Origin: an uncultured Solirubrobacterales bacterium
Lineage (GTDB): Bacteria; Actinomycetota; Thermoleophilia; Solirubrobacterales; 70-9
NCBI GenBank assembly: GCA_963797995.1
Contig: CAWCRP010000009.1
Coordinates: forward strand, 55,337 to 119,336
Reading direction: 5' to 3'
DNA length: 64,000 nt
Part shown: one piece after another, positions 30,847-39,704 of the stretch
Layout of the letters: each line of letters begins with the position of its first letter
Numbering within the stretch: position 1 is the first letter of the stretch
The notes under the pieces: model-generated
What the model was told of the DNA's origin: nothing
Seen by the model: the letters and a program-made list of their open reading frames with translations, nothing else
Database searches by the model: none
Position numbers and translations under genes: made by a program

Positions 30847-31660
30847 CCGGGACGCGGCGGCGCCCTGGCGCGTTCGCCGTCCTGCTCGTCCTTGCGCTTG
30901 CCGTCGCCCTGCTCTTCCTGGTCCTCCCGATCGTCGCGATCTTCATCGACACCGGGCCGGGCGAGCTCATCGACAGCCTCGGGCAGGCCGAGTCACGCGA
31001 CGCGCTCCTGCTCAGCCTCGAGACGACGCTCGCCGCCCTGCTCGATCATCGTCGTCGTCGGCACGCCCGCCGCGTACCTGCTCGCGACACGCGAGTTCCG
31101 CGGGCGGGCGGCTGGCGATGACTGCGATCGAGCTGCCGCTGGTGTTGCCCCCGGCGGCGGCCGGGATCGGGCTGCTCGCCGCCTTCGGGCCCAACGGCCT
31201 CCTCGGCGGTGCCCTCGAGGACGCCGGGATCGAGCTCGTGCTGGAGACCGCCGGCGTGATCGTCGCGCTCACGTTCGTCGCCTCGCCGTTCTACCTGCGC
31301 CAGGCGCAGGCGGCGTTCGCCGCCGTCGATCCGAAACTGCTGGACGCAGCCCGCACCCTCGGGGCGAGCGAGGCGCGTGCCTTCTGGCGGGTGGCGATCC
31401 CCTGCGCCGGCAACGGGATCACCGCCGGGCTCGCGCTCGCCTGGGGGCGGGCGCTGGGTGAGTTCGGCGCGACGCTGATGTTCGCCGGCTCCTTCCAGGG
31501 GATCACGGAGACGGCGCCGCTCGCGATCTTCGCCGAGTTCTCCACGGACTTCCCGGCCGCGCTTGCGCTCTCCGCGGTGCTCGTCTGCGTCTCGGCCGCG
31601 CTCCTGCTCTCGGTCAAGCTCCTCGGCCGCTCGCCGCTGCTCGGCGGGTCACAAGCCTGA
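30843..31660 (+). pseudogene. modB: Molybdate ABC transporter permease ModB, 2 frame breaks as assembled
   Basis: The GTG start overlaps the modA stop (GTGA). IVVVGTPAAYLLA and LPLVLPPAAAGIGLL are present. The EAA-like region is DAARTLGASEARAFWRVAIP...GRALGEFGATLMFAG. Confidence 0.8.
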
Positions 31661-32725
31661 TGCTCACCGCCGCGATCGAAACCGAGCTGCGTGAGTTCGA
31701 GCTCGACGTTCGAGCTCGAGGTGGGCCCCGGCGAATGCGTCGCCCTGGTCGGCCGCTCGGGCGCCGGCAAGAGCACGGTGCTGCGCTCGATCGCCGGACT
31801 CCACCGCCCTGAGCGCGGCCGGATCGAGGCGTCCGGCGCGGTCTGGTTCGACTCCGAGTCCGGTGCGGATCTCGCCGTCGAGCGGCGCCGCTGCGGCTAC
31901 CTGTTCCAGGAGTACGCGCTCTTCCCGCACCTGAGCGCGTGGCGGAACGTCGCGTTCGGGCTCGCCGGCACGCCACGCGCGGAGCGCCGGGAGCGCGCGC
32001 TGGCCCTGCTCGAGCGCTTCGGCGTCGCCGGGCTGGCCGACGCGCGGCCGGTGGAGGTGTCCGGCGGTGAGCGCCAGCGGATCGCCCTCGCCCGCGCGCT
32101 CGCCACCGACCCTGCGGTCCTCCTGCTCGACGAGCCGCTCGCCTCCCTCGACGCGACGACGGCGGCCTCCGCCGGCAGGGAGCTCGGCCGCACGCTCACG
32201 GAGCTCACGGTGCCTACCGTCCTCGTCACCCACGACTTCGCCGAGGCCGCCCTGCTCGCCGGGGAGATCGCCGTGATCGAGCGCGGCCGGGCCGTCCAGC
32301 GAGGGACGGCGGGAGAGCTCAGCGCCCGCCCGGCGTCGGCGTTCGTCGCCGACTTCGCGGGTGCCTCGGTGCTCACGGGGCACGCTCGCCGTGGCGCGGA
32401 CGGACTGACCGAGGTTGCGATCGACGGTGGCGGGGCGATTGCTTCGACCGACGCGGCCGAGGGTCCGGTATCGGTCGCGATCTTCCCGTGGGAGGTCGTG
32501 CTCGAACCGCTCGCCGAGCACGTCGAGACCTCGGCGCGGAACCGGCTCGAGGCGGTTGTGACCTCGGTGACCGAGATCGGCAACCGGGCCCGCGTGGGGC
32601 TCGTCACGCCTCAGCCGCTGGCGGCCGAGGTCACGGTCGCATCGGTCGCAGAGCTGGGTCTCGCGCCCGGCGGCCGCGTCGCCGCGGTCGCGAAGGCCAC
32701 CGCGACCAGGCTGATAGAGCGGTGA
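31660..32725 (+). CDS. modC: Molybdate ABC transporter ATP-binding protein ModC with a C-terminal TOBE domain (one frame break near nt 31700)
   Basis: The ATG overlaps the modB TGA. Walker A GRSGAGKST, signature VSGGERQR, Walker B LLLDEP, and a TOBE-like tail (VTSVTEIGNRARVGLV). Confidence 0.85.
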
Positions 32726-33596
32726 GCGCGGGCGGCTTCCCGCCTCCGGTCGCGAGCCAGGAGCCGGCGAGGATCAGAAGCAGCCCGGCGATCGCCCCGG
32801 CGCCCGGACGCTCGTCGAGGAAGGCGACGCCGAGCGTCACCGCGACCACCGGCGCGACGTAGGTGATCACGGAGGCGCGGCTCGGGCCGACCTCCTGGAT
32901 CAGACTCGCGAAGACGACGAATGCGGCCGCGGTGCAGAGGACGCTGAGCACGACGATGGCGCCGAGCGCATCGCCGGACGGCATCGACTCCGGGGGAGCC
33001 GCGATCGCCGCCGGCGTGAGAAACACGGCTGCCAGCGCCAGCGCGCCCGCCATCAGCGGCCGCGGGTCGATGTCGCCGAGTCCGCGCTTGAGGAGCATCG
33101 GCCCGGCGGCGTATCCCACCGCGGCGAGGAGGATGGCGAGGGCCCCGACGAGCTCGCGGCCGTCTCCGGCGACGTCGAGGCCGACCAGTGCGACGACGCC
33201 GGCGAAGCCGACGAAGAGGCCGGCCAGGCGGCTGCCGCCGGCCCGTTCCTCGTGGTCGAAGCGCAGCGCCAGCACGGCGACGATCAGCGGCACCGAGGCG
33301 ATCAGGATTGCCGCGAGTGAGGAGGAGACCCGCTGCTCGCCGAACCCGATCAGCGGGAACGGGATCGTGATCTCGACGATCGCGTAGATCGCCAGCAGGC
33401 GCCAGCGGCCGCGCAGACTCCCCAGCAGCCCCAGCCGCCAGCAGAGCGCGCCGAGCATCGCCGCCGCGATCGTCACCCGGATCCACGCGAGGAACGCGGG
33501 CGGGACGCCGTCGTCGACCGCGATCTTGATGAAGAGGTACGGGATGCCCCAGAGCGCCGAGACGGTGAGGAACGAAAACCAGGCGCGGGCGGACAT
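32631..33596 (-). CDS. EamA/DMT-family transporter
   Basis: Ten hydrophobic segments with ALWGIPYLFIKIAV at the N-terminus. The last 95 nt overlap convergent modC, so the true stop is probably earlier. Confidence 0.7.
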   Translation of the reverse strand: MSARAWFSFLTVSALWGIPYLFIKIAVDDGVPPAFLAWIRVTIAAAMLGALCWRLGLLGSLRGRWRLLAIYAIVEITIPFPLIGFGEQRVSSSLAAILIASVPLIVAVLALRFDHEERAGGSRLAGLFVGFAGVVALVGLDVAGDGRELVGALAILLAAVGYAAGPMLLKRGLGDIDPRPLMAGALALAAVFLTPAAIAAPPESMPSGDALGAIVVLSVLCTAAAFVVFASLIQEVGPSRASVITYVAPVVAVTLGVAFLDERPGAGAIAGLLLILAGSWLATGGGKPPALTALSAWSRWPSRPRRRGRRARDPALRPMRP

Positions 33597-33644
33597 CGTC
33601 CGACGATAGCCGCGCGCCGGCGGGATCCGAGGGCGGTTAACCCC

Positions 33645-34634
33645 CTATCCGCCGATCGCGGACATGGTGCGCGGTGGAGGAACGAAGCCCTCCTCGTTCA
33701 CGCGGTGCTTGAGCTCCTTGCGCCAGACGGCGTCGCGGATCACCTGCTCGAGGCCGGCGTCGTCGACCCCGGCGCGCAGCGGCTCGCGCAGGTCGGTCTC
33801 GGTGATCGAGAAGAGACAGGTGCGAAGCTCGCCGTCGGCGGTCATCCGGATCCGGTTGCAGTCGCCGCAGAAGGGCTCGGACACCGGGTTGATGAAGCCG
33901 ATCTCGCCGGCGCCGTCGGCGAAGCGGTAAACGCGCGCGGTCGCGTGGGGCTCGCGCTCGAGCGGCTCGAGCGGATAGCGCGTCGCGATCCGCTCGCGGA
34001 TCTCCTCGCCGGTGAGCACCTGGTCGGGGCTCCAGGAGCGGTCGCCGTCGAGCGGCATGAACTCGATGAAGCGCACCTGGTAATCGGTCGAGCGGGCGAG
34101 CTCGGCGAAGCGGAAGACCTCGTCCTCGGTGAAGTCCCGCATCGCGACCGCGTTCACCTTGATCGGTCGCACCTGTTCGAAGGCGCCGATCGCCTCGAGC
34201 CCCCGCAGCACTTGCGGGAGGGCGTCGCGGCGGGTGACCTCGTGAAAGCGATCGCGGGCGAGCGAGTCGATCGAGACGTTGACGCGGTTGATCCCTGCAT
34301 CGACCAGCGCCCGCGCGTCGCGCTCGAGCAGGTAGCCGTTCGTCGTCACCGAGAGGTCCTCGAGTCCGTCGATCGCGCTCAGCATCGAGACGAGCCGCGG
34401 GAACTCGCGGCGCGCGAGCGGCTCGCCCCCGGTCAGCCGCACATCGGTCACCCCGAGGTGGACGAGCACGCGAACGAGGCGCTCGATCTCCTCGAACGTG
34501 AGGATCTCGGAGCGGTCGAGCCACGGCATTCCTTCGGCCGGCATGCAATAGCGGCAGCGGAAATTGCAGCGGTCGGTGACCGAGACCCGCAGGTCGGTGA
34601 TCGCGCGGCCGTGGGCGTCGAGGAGCGGCTCCAC
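33645..34634 (-). CDS. moaA: GTP 3',8-cyclase MoaA (radical SAM)
   Basis: CNFRCRYCMP radical-SAM box, LTGGEPL, and the C-terminal cluster motif CGDCNRIRMTADGELRTCLF. Confidence 0.9.
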   Translation of the reverse strand: MEPLLDAHGRAITDLRVSVTDRCNFRCRYCMPAEGMPWLDRSEILTFEEIERLVRVLVHLGVTDVRLTGGEPLARREFPRLVSMLSAIDGLEDLSVTTNGYLLERDARALVDAGINRVNVSIDSLARDRFHEVTRRDALPQVLRGLEAIGAFEQVRPIKVNAVAMRDFTEDEVFRFAELARSTDYQVRFIEFMPLDGDRSWSPDQVLTGEEIRERIATRYPLEPLEREPHATARVYRFADGAGEIGFINPVSEPFCGDCNRIRMTADGELRTCLFSITETDLREPLRAGVDDAGLEQVIRDAVWRKELKHRVNEEGFVPPPRTMSAIGG

Positions 34635-34674
34635 TCGGTGGATGATGACGGGTCGCCGGTAGGGTGGGGCCGAG

Positions 34675-36048
34675 ATGGAGCCGAGCGCCAGACCACGGGG
34701 GGTCCAGCTCGACGAGCGAACGATGCGCCTCGTCGTCGGCGCGCTTGGTGCCTTTCACGTGCTCGAGGGCCTCTACATGCTGCTCGCGCCGGCATCGTTC
34801 TACGCGCGGATCGGCCGCTACGGGCTCGAGAACACCCACTACGTCGGCGACGTCGGCTCGTTCGTCCTCGCCTTCGGGGTCCTCCTCGTCCTCGCCGTGG
34901 GACGCCCGTCGTGGCGGGCGCCGCTGCTTTACCTCGGCGCCGCCTGGTACGCGTTCCACGCCGTCAACCACCTCTTCGACATCGACGAAGCGCGCAGCAA
35001 CGCGCGCGGAGTAATCGACACGATCCTGCTGCTGATCGGCGCCGGGCTCCTGGTCTGGCTCGCGCGCGGGTCCGAGCGCGACGGCGACCGGGCCCCCACA
35101 CAGCTTTCGGTGAGCCGGGTCTTCCTCGCCGGCGCCTCGGGGGTGGTGGGCGAACCGCTCGTCGCGCAGCTGCTCGAGGCCGGGCACGACGTCACGGGAA
35201 TGACCCGGCGCGAGGAGAAGGCGGAGGCGATCCGCGCCGCCGGTGCCGACGCCGTCGTCTGCGACGTGTACGAGCCGGACGGACTCAGCGCGGCCGTAGC
35301 CGCCGCGAAACCCGAGGTAGTCATTCACCAGCTCACGGCGCTGCCGTGGAAGCTCGATCCGCGCCAGAAGGGGGTTTTCGACGCCAACAACCGGATCCGC
35401 CGCGAGGGCACCCGCAATCTGGTCGCGGCCGCGCAGGCGGCAGGCGCTCGCCGCTTCGTCGCCCAGTCGATCGCCTTCGTCTACGCCCCCGTCGGCGGCT
35501 GGGTCAAGAGCGAGGACGATCCGCTGATCGAAGGGGCCGCCGGAGACATCGGCGACACGGTCGACGCGGTCTCAGAGCTCGAGCGGCAGGTGCTCGAGGC
35601 GGACGGCCTCGACGGGCTGGTGCTTCGCTACGGCTGGTTCTACGGGCCCGGGTCGAGCTACGCCGACGACGGTTACCAGGCCCAGGAGATCCGCAAGCGC
35701 CGCTTTCCGATCATCGGCGACGGAGCCGGCACGTTCTCGTTCGTTCACGTCGAAGATGCCGCTGCGGCCGCGGTTGTCGCGGCCGAGCGCGGGGCGCCTG
35801 GCGTCTACAACGTCTGCGACGACGAGCCGGCGGCGATCCGCGAGTGGCTGCCCGTGGCCGCCGAGGCGCTCGGCGCGAAGAAGCCGTTCCGGGTGCCGGC
35901 CTTTCTCGCGCGTCTCGTTGCGGGTAAGGCGATCGTTGGTCAGGCCGCCGGCATGCGCGGCGCCACCAACGCCAAGGCGAAGGCCGAGCTCGGCTGGCAG
36001 CCCGCTCATCCAAGCTGGCGCGACGGGTTCGCGCAGTCGCTTGGTTAG
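34675..36048 (+). CDS. NAD(P)-dependent epimerase/dehydratase (SDR) preceded in frame by a ~145-aa 4-TM domain (possibly two genes fused by an assembly indel)
   Basis: Residues 1-145 are hydrophobic ([21 protein letters not shown]...). From GTG 35110 the sequence is [16 protein letters not shown] (a GxxGxxG Rossmann motif) and SDR-like to the end. Confidence 0.65.
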   Translation: MEPSARPRGVQLDERTMRLVVGALGAFHVLEGLYMLLAPASFYARIGRYGLENTHYVGDVGSFVLAFGVLLVLAVGRPSWRAPLLYLGAAWYAFHAVNHLFDIDEARSNARGVIDTILLLIGAGLLVWLARGSERDGDRAPTQLSVSRVFLAGASGVVGEPLVAQLLEAGHDVTGMTRREEKAEAIRAAGADAVVCDVYEPDGLSAAVAAAKPEVVIHQLTALPWKLDPRQKGVFDANNRIRREGTRNLVAAAQAAGARRFVAQSIAFVYAPVGGWVKSEDDPLIEGAAGDIGDTVDAVSELERQVLEADGLDGLVLRYGWFYGPGSSYADDGYQAQEIRKRRFPIIGDGAGTFSFVHVEDAAAAAVVAAERGAPGVYNVCDDEPAAIREWLPVAAEALGAKKPFRVPAFLARLVAGKAIVGQAAGMRGATNAKAKAELGWQPAHPSWRDGFAQSLG

Positions 36049-36134
36049 TGTCTAACTGCAGCTTTCCGAGAGAAAACCACCCGCCAGGACCGGACGCGAA
36101 GCGGAGGATCCGGGCGGATTCATTAGGAGGAAAA

Positions 36135-36740
<606 letters not shown>

Positions 36741-36755
36741 CGCACTACGGAACTC

Positions 36756-36780
36756 CCGCCGGCGGCGACGTGCCGCCGGC
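36756..36780. terminator. Perfect 10-bp GC hairpin between convergent sodA and the acidic-protein gene
   Basis: The sequence is cgccggcggc-gacgt-gccgccggcg, and every pair was checked by hand. There is no U-tract. It could act bidirectionally. Confidence 0.45.
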
Positions 36781-37050
36781 GTGAGCTCCTGATCTAGCGG
36801 CGCCGTTCGGCGGCGTCGTGACCTTCGTCGGGTTCAGTCGGTTCGGCGCCACCCGAGGCACCCGTCCGGTCGCCAAGACCGCCTTGGTCCTCCCCCTCGC
36901 CGCCGCTTCCTGGGTGCTCGTCGATGCCGAGATTGTCGGCTTGCTTGGCGCCTTCCGCGCCTTCCTTATCCGCTGCGTCGGGTCCGTGCTTGCTTGTCTC
37001 TCGCTCGTCGATCGCTCCTCCTCAGGCCGCTGGTCAATTGCGAGAGGCCC

Positions 37051-37317
37051 CTACGTACTCGAGGTGCCCTCGCCCGCGTCGTGCTCAACGTTCGAGGGGT
37101 CCTCGCCGGGCTCCTCTCGTGGCGGACCGCCGGACGTGGCGCCGCCCGTGTTCGTCGCCTCCGCGGCGTCGTCCTGCTCGTCGTCCAGCAGTTCGCCCTT
37201 GATGTTCTCCTCGCGGGGACGTTCATTCGTCTCTTCGATTCCGGACTCGTGCGCATGCAGCGAGGTCGGCGGGAGCTTCTCCTCGTCGAGCTTCGTCTGA
37301 TCCTTCTCGTCGGGCAT
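37051..37317 (-). CDS. Highly acidic, low-complexity (probably disordered) protein, 88 aa as assembled
   Basis: A GAGGAGG RBS precedes MPDEKDQTKLDEEKLPP...ELLDDEQDDAAEATNTGG...EDPSNVEHDAGEGTSST. GC3 is high. See the findings for a possible continuation to 36794. Confidence 0.5.
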   Translation of the reverse strand: MPDEKDQTKLDEEKLPPTSLHAHESGIEETNERPREENIKGELLDDEQDDAAEATNTGGATSGGPPREEPGEDPSNVEHDAGEGTSST

Positions 37318-37428
37318 CGGTGTCCTCCTCGGGTCGCTAAGCCTCACCTACCCTGAGACAGTGGGCTCTACGCGGGCCGGTGGCCCAGCGACTGGAAAGA
37401 AGCGGCGCGCAGGATTACACTCGCCGAC

Positions 37429-37920
37429 GTGCCCCACGCTCTGAGCTCTGGCCTGCCGAAGGATTTCCTCCGGCCATGCCTGCTCCTCCTGCTCCGCGAG
37501 GGCGAAGCGCACGGTTACGAGCTCGCCGAGAACCTCGGTCCGTTCGGTTTCGATGACTCCGACCCGGGCGCGCTCTATCGGGCCCTTCGCCGGCTCGAGG
37601 CGGACGGACTCGTCGGTTCCGACTGGGCGCCGTCGGACTCGGGACCGCGCAAGCGCGTCTACCGCCTCACCGAGAGCGGGGTCGAAGAGCTCGATCACCG
37701 CGCCAGCGACCTCGCCGAGGGAGAGCGGCGTATCGACGCATTTCTCGATCGCTACCTGAAGGCTCGCCGCCTGCCGCGGTCGAGCAAGCGTGGCCGGGCT
37801 CTGGTGGGACGCTTCGCCGCGCACCGCGAAGCGGCCCTGCGGCGCGGGTCCCGGGCTCGAGCAGCCCGGCGCCTGACGTCCGGGGGTCTCGCCGCCGGAC
37901 AGATCTGTCGCTCTCGCTAG
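37429..37920 (+). CDS. PadR-family transcriptional regulator
   Basis: LLLLLREGEAHGYELAENL...ALYRALRRLEADGLVGSDW...RKRVYRLTESG is the PadR winged-helix core. Confidence 0.8.
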   Translation: MPHALSSGLPKDFLRPCLLLLLREGEAHGYELAENLGPFGFDDSDPGALYRALRRLEADGLVGSDWAPSDSGPRKRVYRLTESGVEELDHRASDLAEGERRIDAFLDRYLKARRLPRSSKRGRALVGRFAAHREAALRRGSRARAARRLTSGGLAAGQICRSR

Positions 37921-37996
37921 GTGGGCGTTGCCACCCCGGTAGGTGTGCGGCGCACCTTGTAGTGCGCACTTACCGGATGACGCGCCCGTCAATAGG

Positions 37997-38024
37997 TTGA
38001 CCTAAGGGCCCAAGGGGTGATGGT
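37997..38024 (+). promoter_or_regulatory. Candidate promoter of the hyp-hhy operon
   Basis: TTGACC (37997-38002), a 16-nt spacer, then GATGGT (38019-38024), about 33 nt upstream of the hypC GTG. The palindromes GTGCG-G-CGCAC and GTGCGCAC lie 40-70 nt further upstream. Confidence 0.3.
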
Positions 38025-38056
38025 TGTGGCCCGTACATGGAGGAGGAACGTGCGCC

Positions 38057-38335
38057 GTGTGCCTGGCCATCCCTGGGCAAATTCTTGAAGTCGTCGACGA
38101 GGCGAATCGCCTTGCCAAGGTCGATGTCGCCGGCGTAAGGCGGAACGTCAACATCGGGCTTCTCGATGAGGAGGACGGCGGCGTCGGTCCGGGCGACTGG
38201 GTCTTGATTCACGTCGGCTTTGCGCTCTCCAAGGTCGACGAGGCAGAGGCGGTCAAGACGCGCAAGATGCTCGAGGGCATGGGCGCGGACTACGAGGCGG
38301 AGCTCGAGGAGCTGCGCGCGAGCGTGATCGAGTGA
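38057..38335 (+). CDS. hypC: Hydrogenase maturation chaperone HypC/HybG/HupF family
   Basis: An AGGAGGA RBS precedes a GTG start and the canonical N-terminus (M)CLAIPGQILEV. ORF 38024..38335 is the same frame. Confidence 0.85.
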   Translation: MCLAIPGQILEVVDEANRLAKVDVAGVRRNVNIGLLDEEDGGVGPGDWVLIHVGFALSKVDEAEAVKTRKMLEGMGADYEAELEELRASVIE

Positions 38336-38577
38336 CCCCGCCCGAGTGCACCGACGAGCACTGCATCACCTGCGGCGACGTCGCCGAGGACATGCGGGTG
38401 ATCGCCATCGATTCCGATCGCGAGCTGGCCTTGTGCGCCGGTGCGGACGGCGAGCACCACACGGTCGAGATCGCCCTGGTGCAGCCGGTCGCGGTCGACG
38501 ACGAGCTACTGGTTCACGCCGGCACCGCGATCGGAACATCGTCCGGACGCGGAGCGCAGGAGGCGTCGCGCCTGTGA
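38332..38577 (+). CDS. Second HypC/HupF-like protein with an internal HCITCGD motif
   Basis: The GTGA overlap couples it to hypC. MTPPECTDEHCITCGDVAEDMRVIAID...LVHAGTAI has a HypC-like OB-fold pattern, but the Cys is not N-terminal. Confidence 0.65.
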   Translation: MTPPECTDEHCITCGDVAEDMRVIAIDSDRELALCAGADGEHHTVEIALVQPVAVDDELLVHAGTAIGTSSGRGAQEASRL

Positions 38578-39704
38578 GGTTCGTCGACGAGTTCCGCGAT
38601 CCCGAGCTCGGCCGCGCTCTCGCCGGCGAGATCCTCGCCACGGTCGAGCCCGGCCGCCACTACAAGCTGATGGAGGTCTGCGGCGGCCACACCCACTCGA
38701 TCTACAAGTACGCCATCGACGAGATCCTCCCGGACAACGTCGAGCTCGTCCACGGGCCCGGCTGCCCGGTCTGCGTGATCCCGATGGGCCGTGTGGATGA
38801 CGGCATCGCCCTGGCGCGCGAGGACGGGGTGATCCTGACGTGCTTCGGCGACATGATGCGGGTCCCGGGCTCCACCGAGACCTTCATCGAGGCGAACGCA
38901 ACAGGCGCCGACATTCGCATGGTGTACTCGCCGCTCGACGCACTGCGGATCGCGAAGGAGAACCCGGACCGCACCGTGGTCTTCTTCGCGATCGGATTCG
39001 AGACGACCGCGCCCTCGACGGCGCTGACGCTGAAGCGGGCGAAGGCCGAGGGGGTCGAGAACTTCCTTTGCATGTGCAGTCACGTGACCATCGTGCCGCC
39101 GCTCAAGGCGCTGCTCGAGTCACCCGATCTGCGCCTCGACGGATTCATCGGGCCCGGCCATGTCTCGACGATCGTCGGCGTCCGCCCGTTCGAGTTCATC
39201 CCCGCGGCCTACGGCAAGCCACTGGTGACCGCGGGCTTCGAGCCATTGGACATTCTCCAGTCGATCAAGATGATTCTCACGCAGCTCGCCGAGGGCCGCT
39301 GCGAGGTCGAGAACCAGTACAAGCGCGTCGTTCCCTACGAAGGCAACCCCGCGGCGCTCAAGGTCCTGAGCGAGGTGTTCGAGCTACGCCCGCATTTCGA
39401 GTGGCGTGGGCTCGGGTTCATCTCACAGAGCGCGCTGAAGCTCTCCTCCGCCTACGCCGACTTCGACGCGGAGCTCCGCTACGAGGTCCCCGGTGTCCGG
39501 GTCGCAGACCCCAAGGCGTGCCAGTGCGGCGAAGTGCTCAAGGGCGTGATCAAGCCCTGGGAGTGCAAGGTCTTCGGCACCGCCTGCACGCCCGAACACG
39601 CGATCGGCACCTGCATGGTCTCGCCGGAAGGCGCCTGCGCCGCCTATTACAACTACGGCCGCTACGCACACAGCTCCGGCGCCGCGAAGGAGGCTCTCGC
39701 TTGA
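38574..39704 (+). CDS. hypD: Hydrogenase maturation protein HypD
   Basis: The GTG overlaps the previous TGA. FRDPEL, MEVCGGHTHSI, GPGCPVCV and the C-terminal Cys-rich motifs (CQCGEVLKG...CKVFGTACTPEHAIGTCMVSPEGAC) are present. Confidence 0.92.
   Translation: MRFVDEFRDPELGRALAGEILATVEPGRHYKLMEVCGGHTHSIYKYAIDEILPDNVELVHGPGCPVCVIPMGRVDDGIALAREDGVILTCFGDMMRVPGSTETFIEANATGADIRMVYSPLDALRIAKENPDRTVVFFAIGFETTAPSTALTLKRAKAEGVENFLCMCSHVTIVPPLKALLESPDLRLDGFIGPGHVSTIVGVRPFEFIPAAYGKPLVTAGFEPLDILQSIKMILTQLAEGRCEVENQYKRVVPYEGNPAALKVLSEVFELRPHFEWRGLGFISQSALKLSSAYADFDAELRYEVPGVRVADPKACQCGEVLKGVIKPWECKVFGTACTPEHAIGTCMVSPEGACAAYYNYGRYAHSSGAAKEALA

Noticed and set aside
19900-31800. Genuine evolutionary decay of the molybdenum utilisation pathway.
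   Set aside because: Not adopted as the primary reading. Essential ligA and the sole hypF show identical break patterns, all breaks look like +/-1 shifts with flanking similarity intact, and moaA, mog, moaE-moaC and mobA are intact. It is kept as the alternative hypothesis in the frameshift finding.
36049-36134. A GC hairpin (cccgcc...ccgga-N14-tccgg-gcgg) upstream of sodA as a riboswitch or sRNA.
   Set aside because: It is a short imperfect stem with no recognisable conserved core. It is equally explained as the terminator of the upstream SDR gene.
37970-38212. Minus-strand 80-aa ORF overlapping the hypC promoter and 5' end.
   Set aside because: It lies antisense to a canonical HypC (MCLAIPG...) with a strong RBS. 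It has no motif and no RBS of its own.
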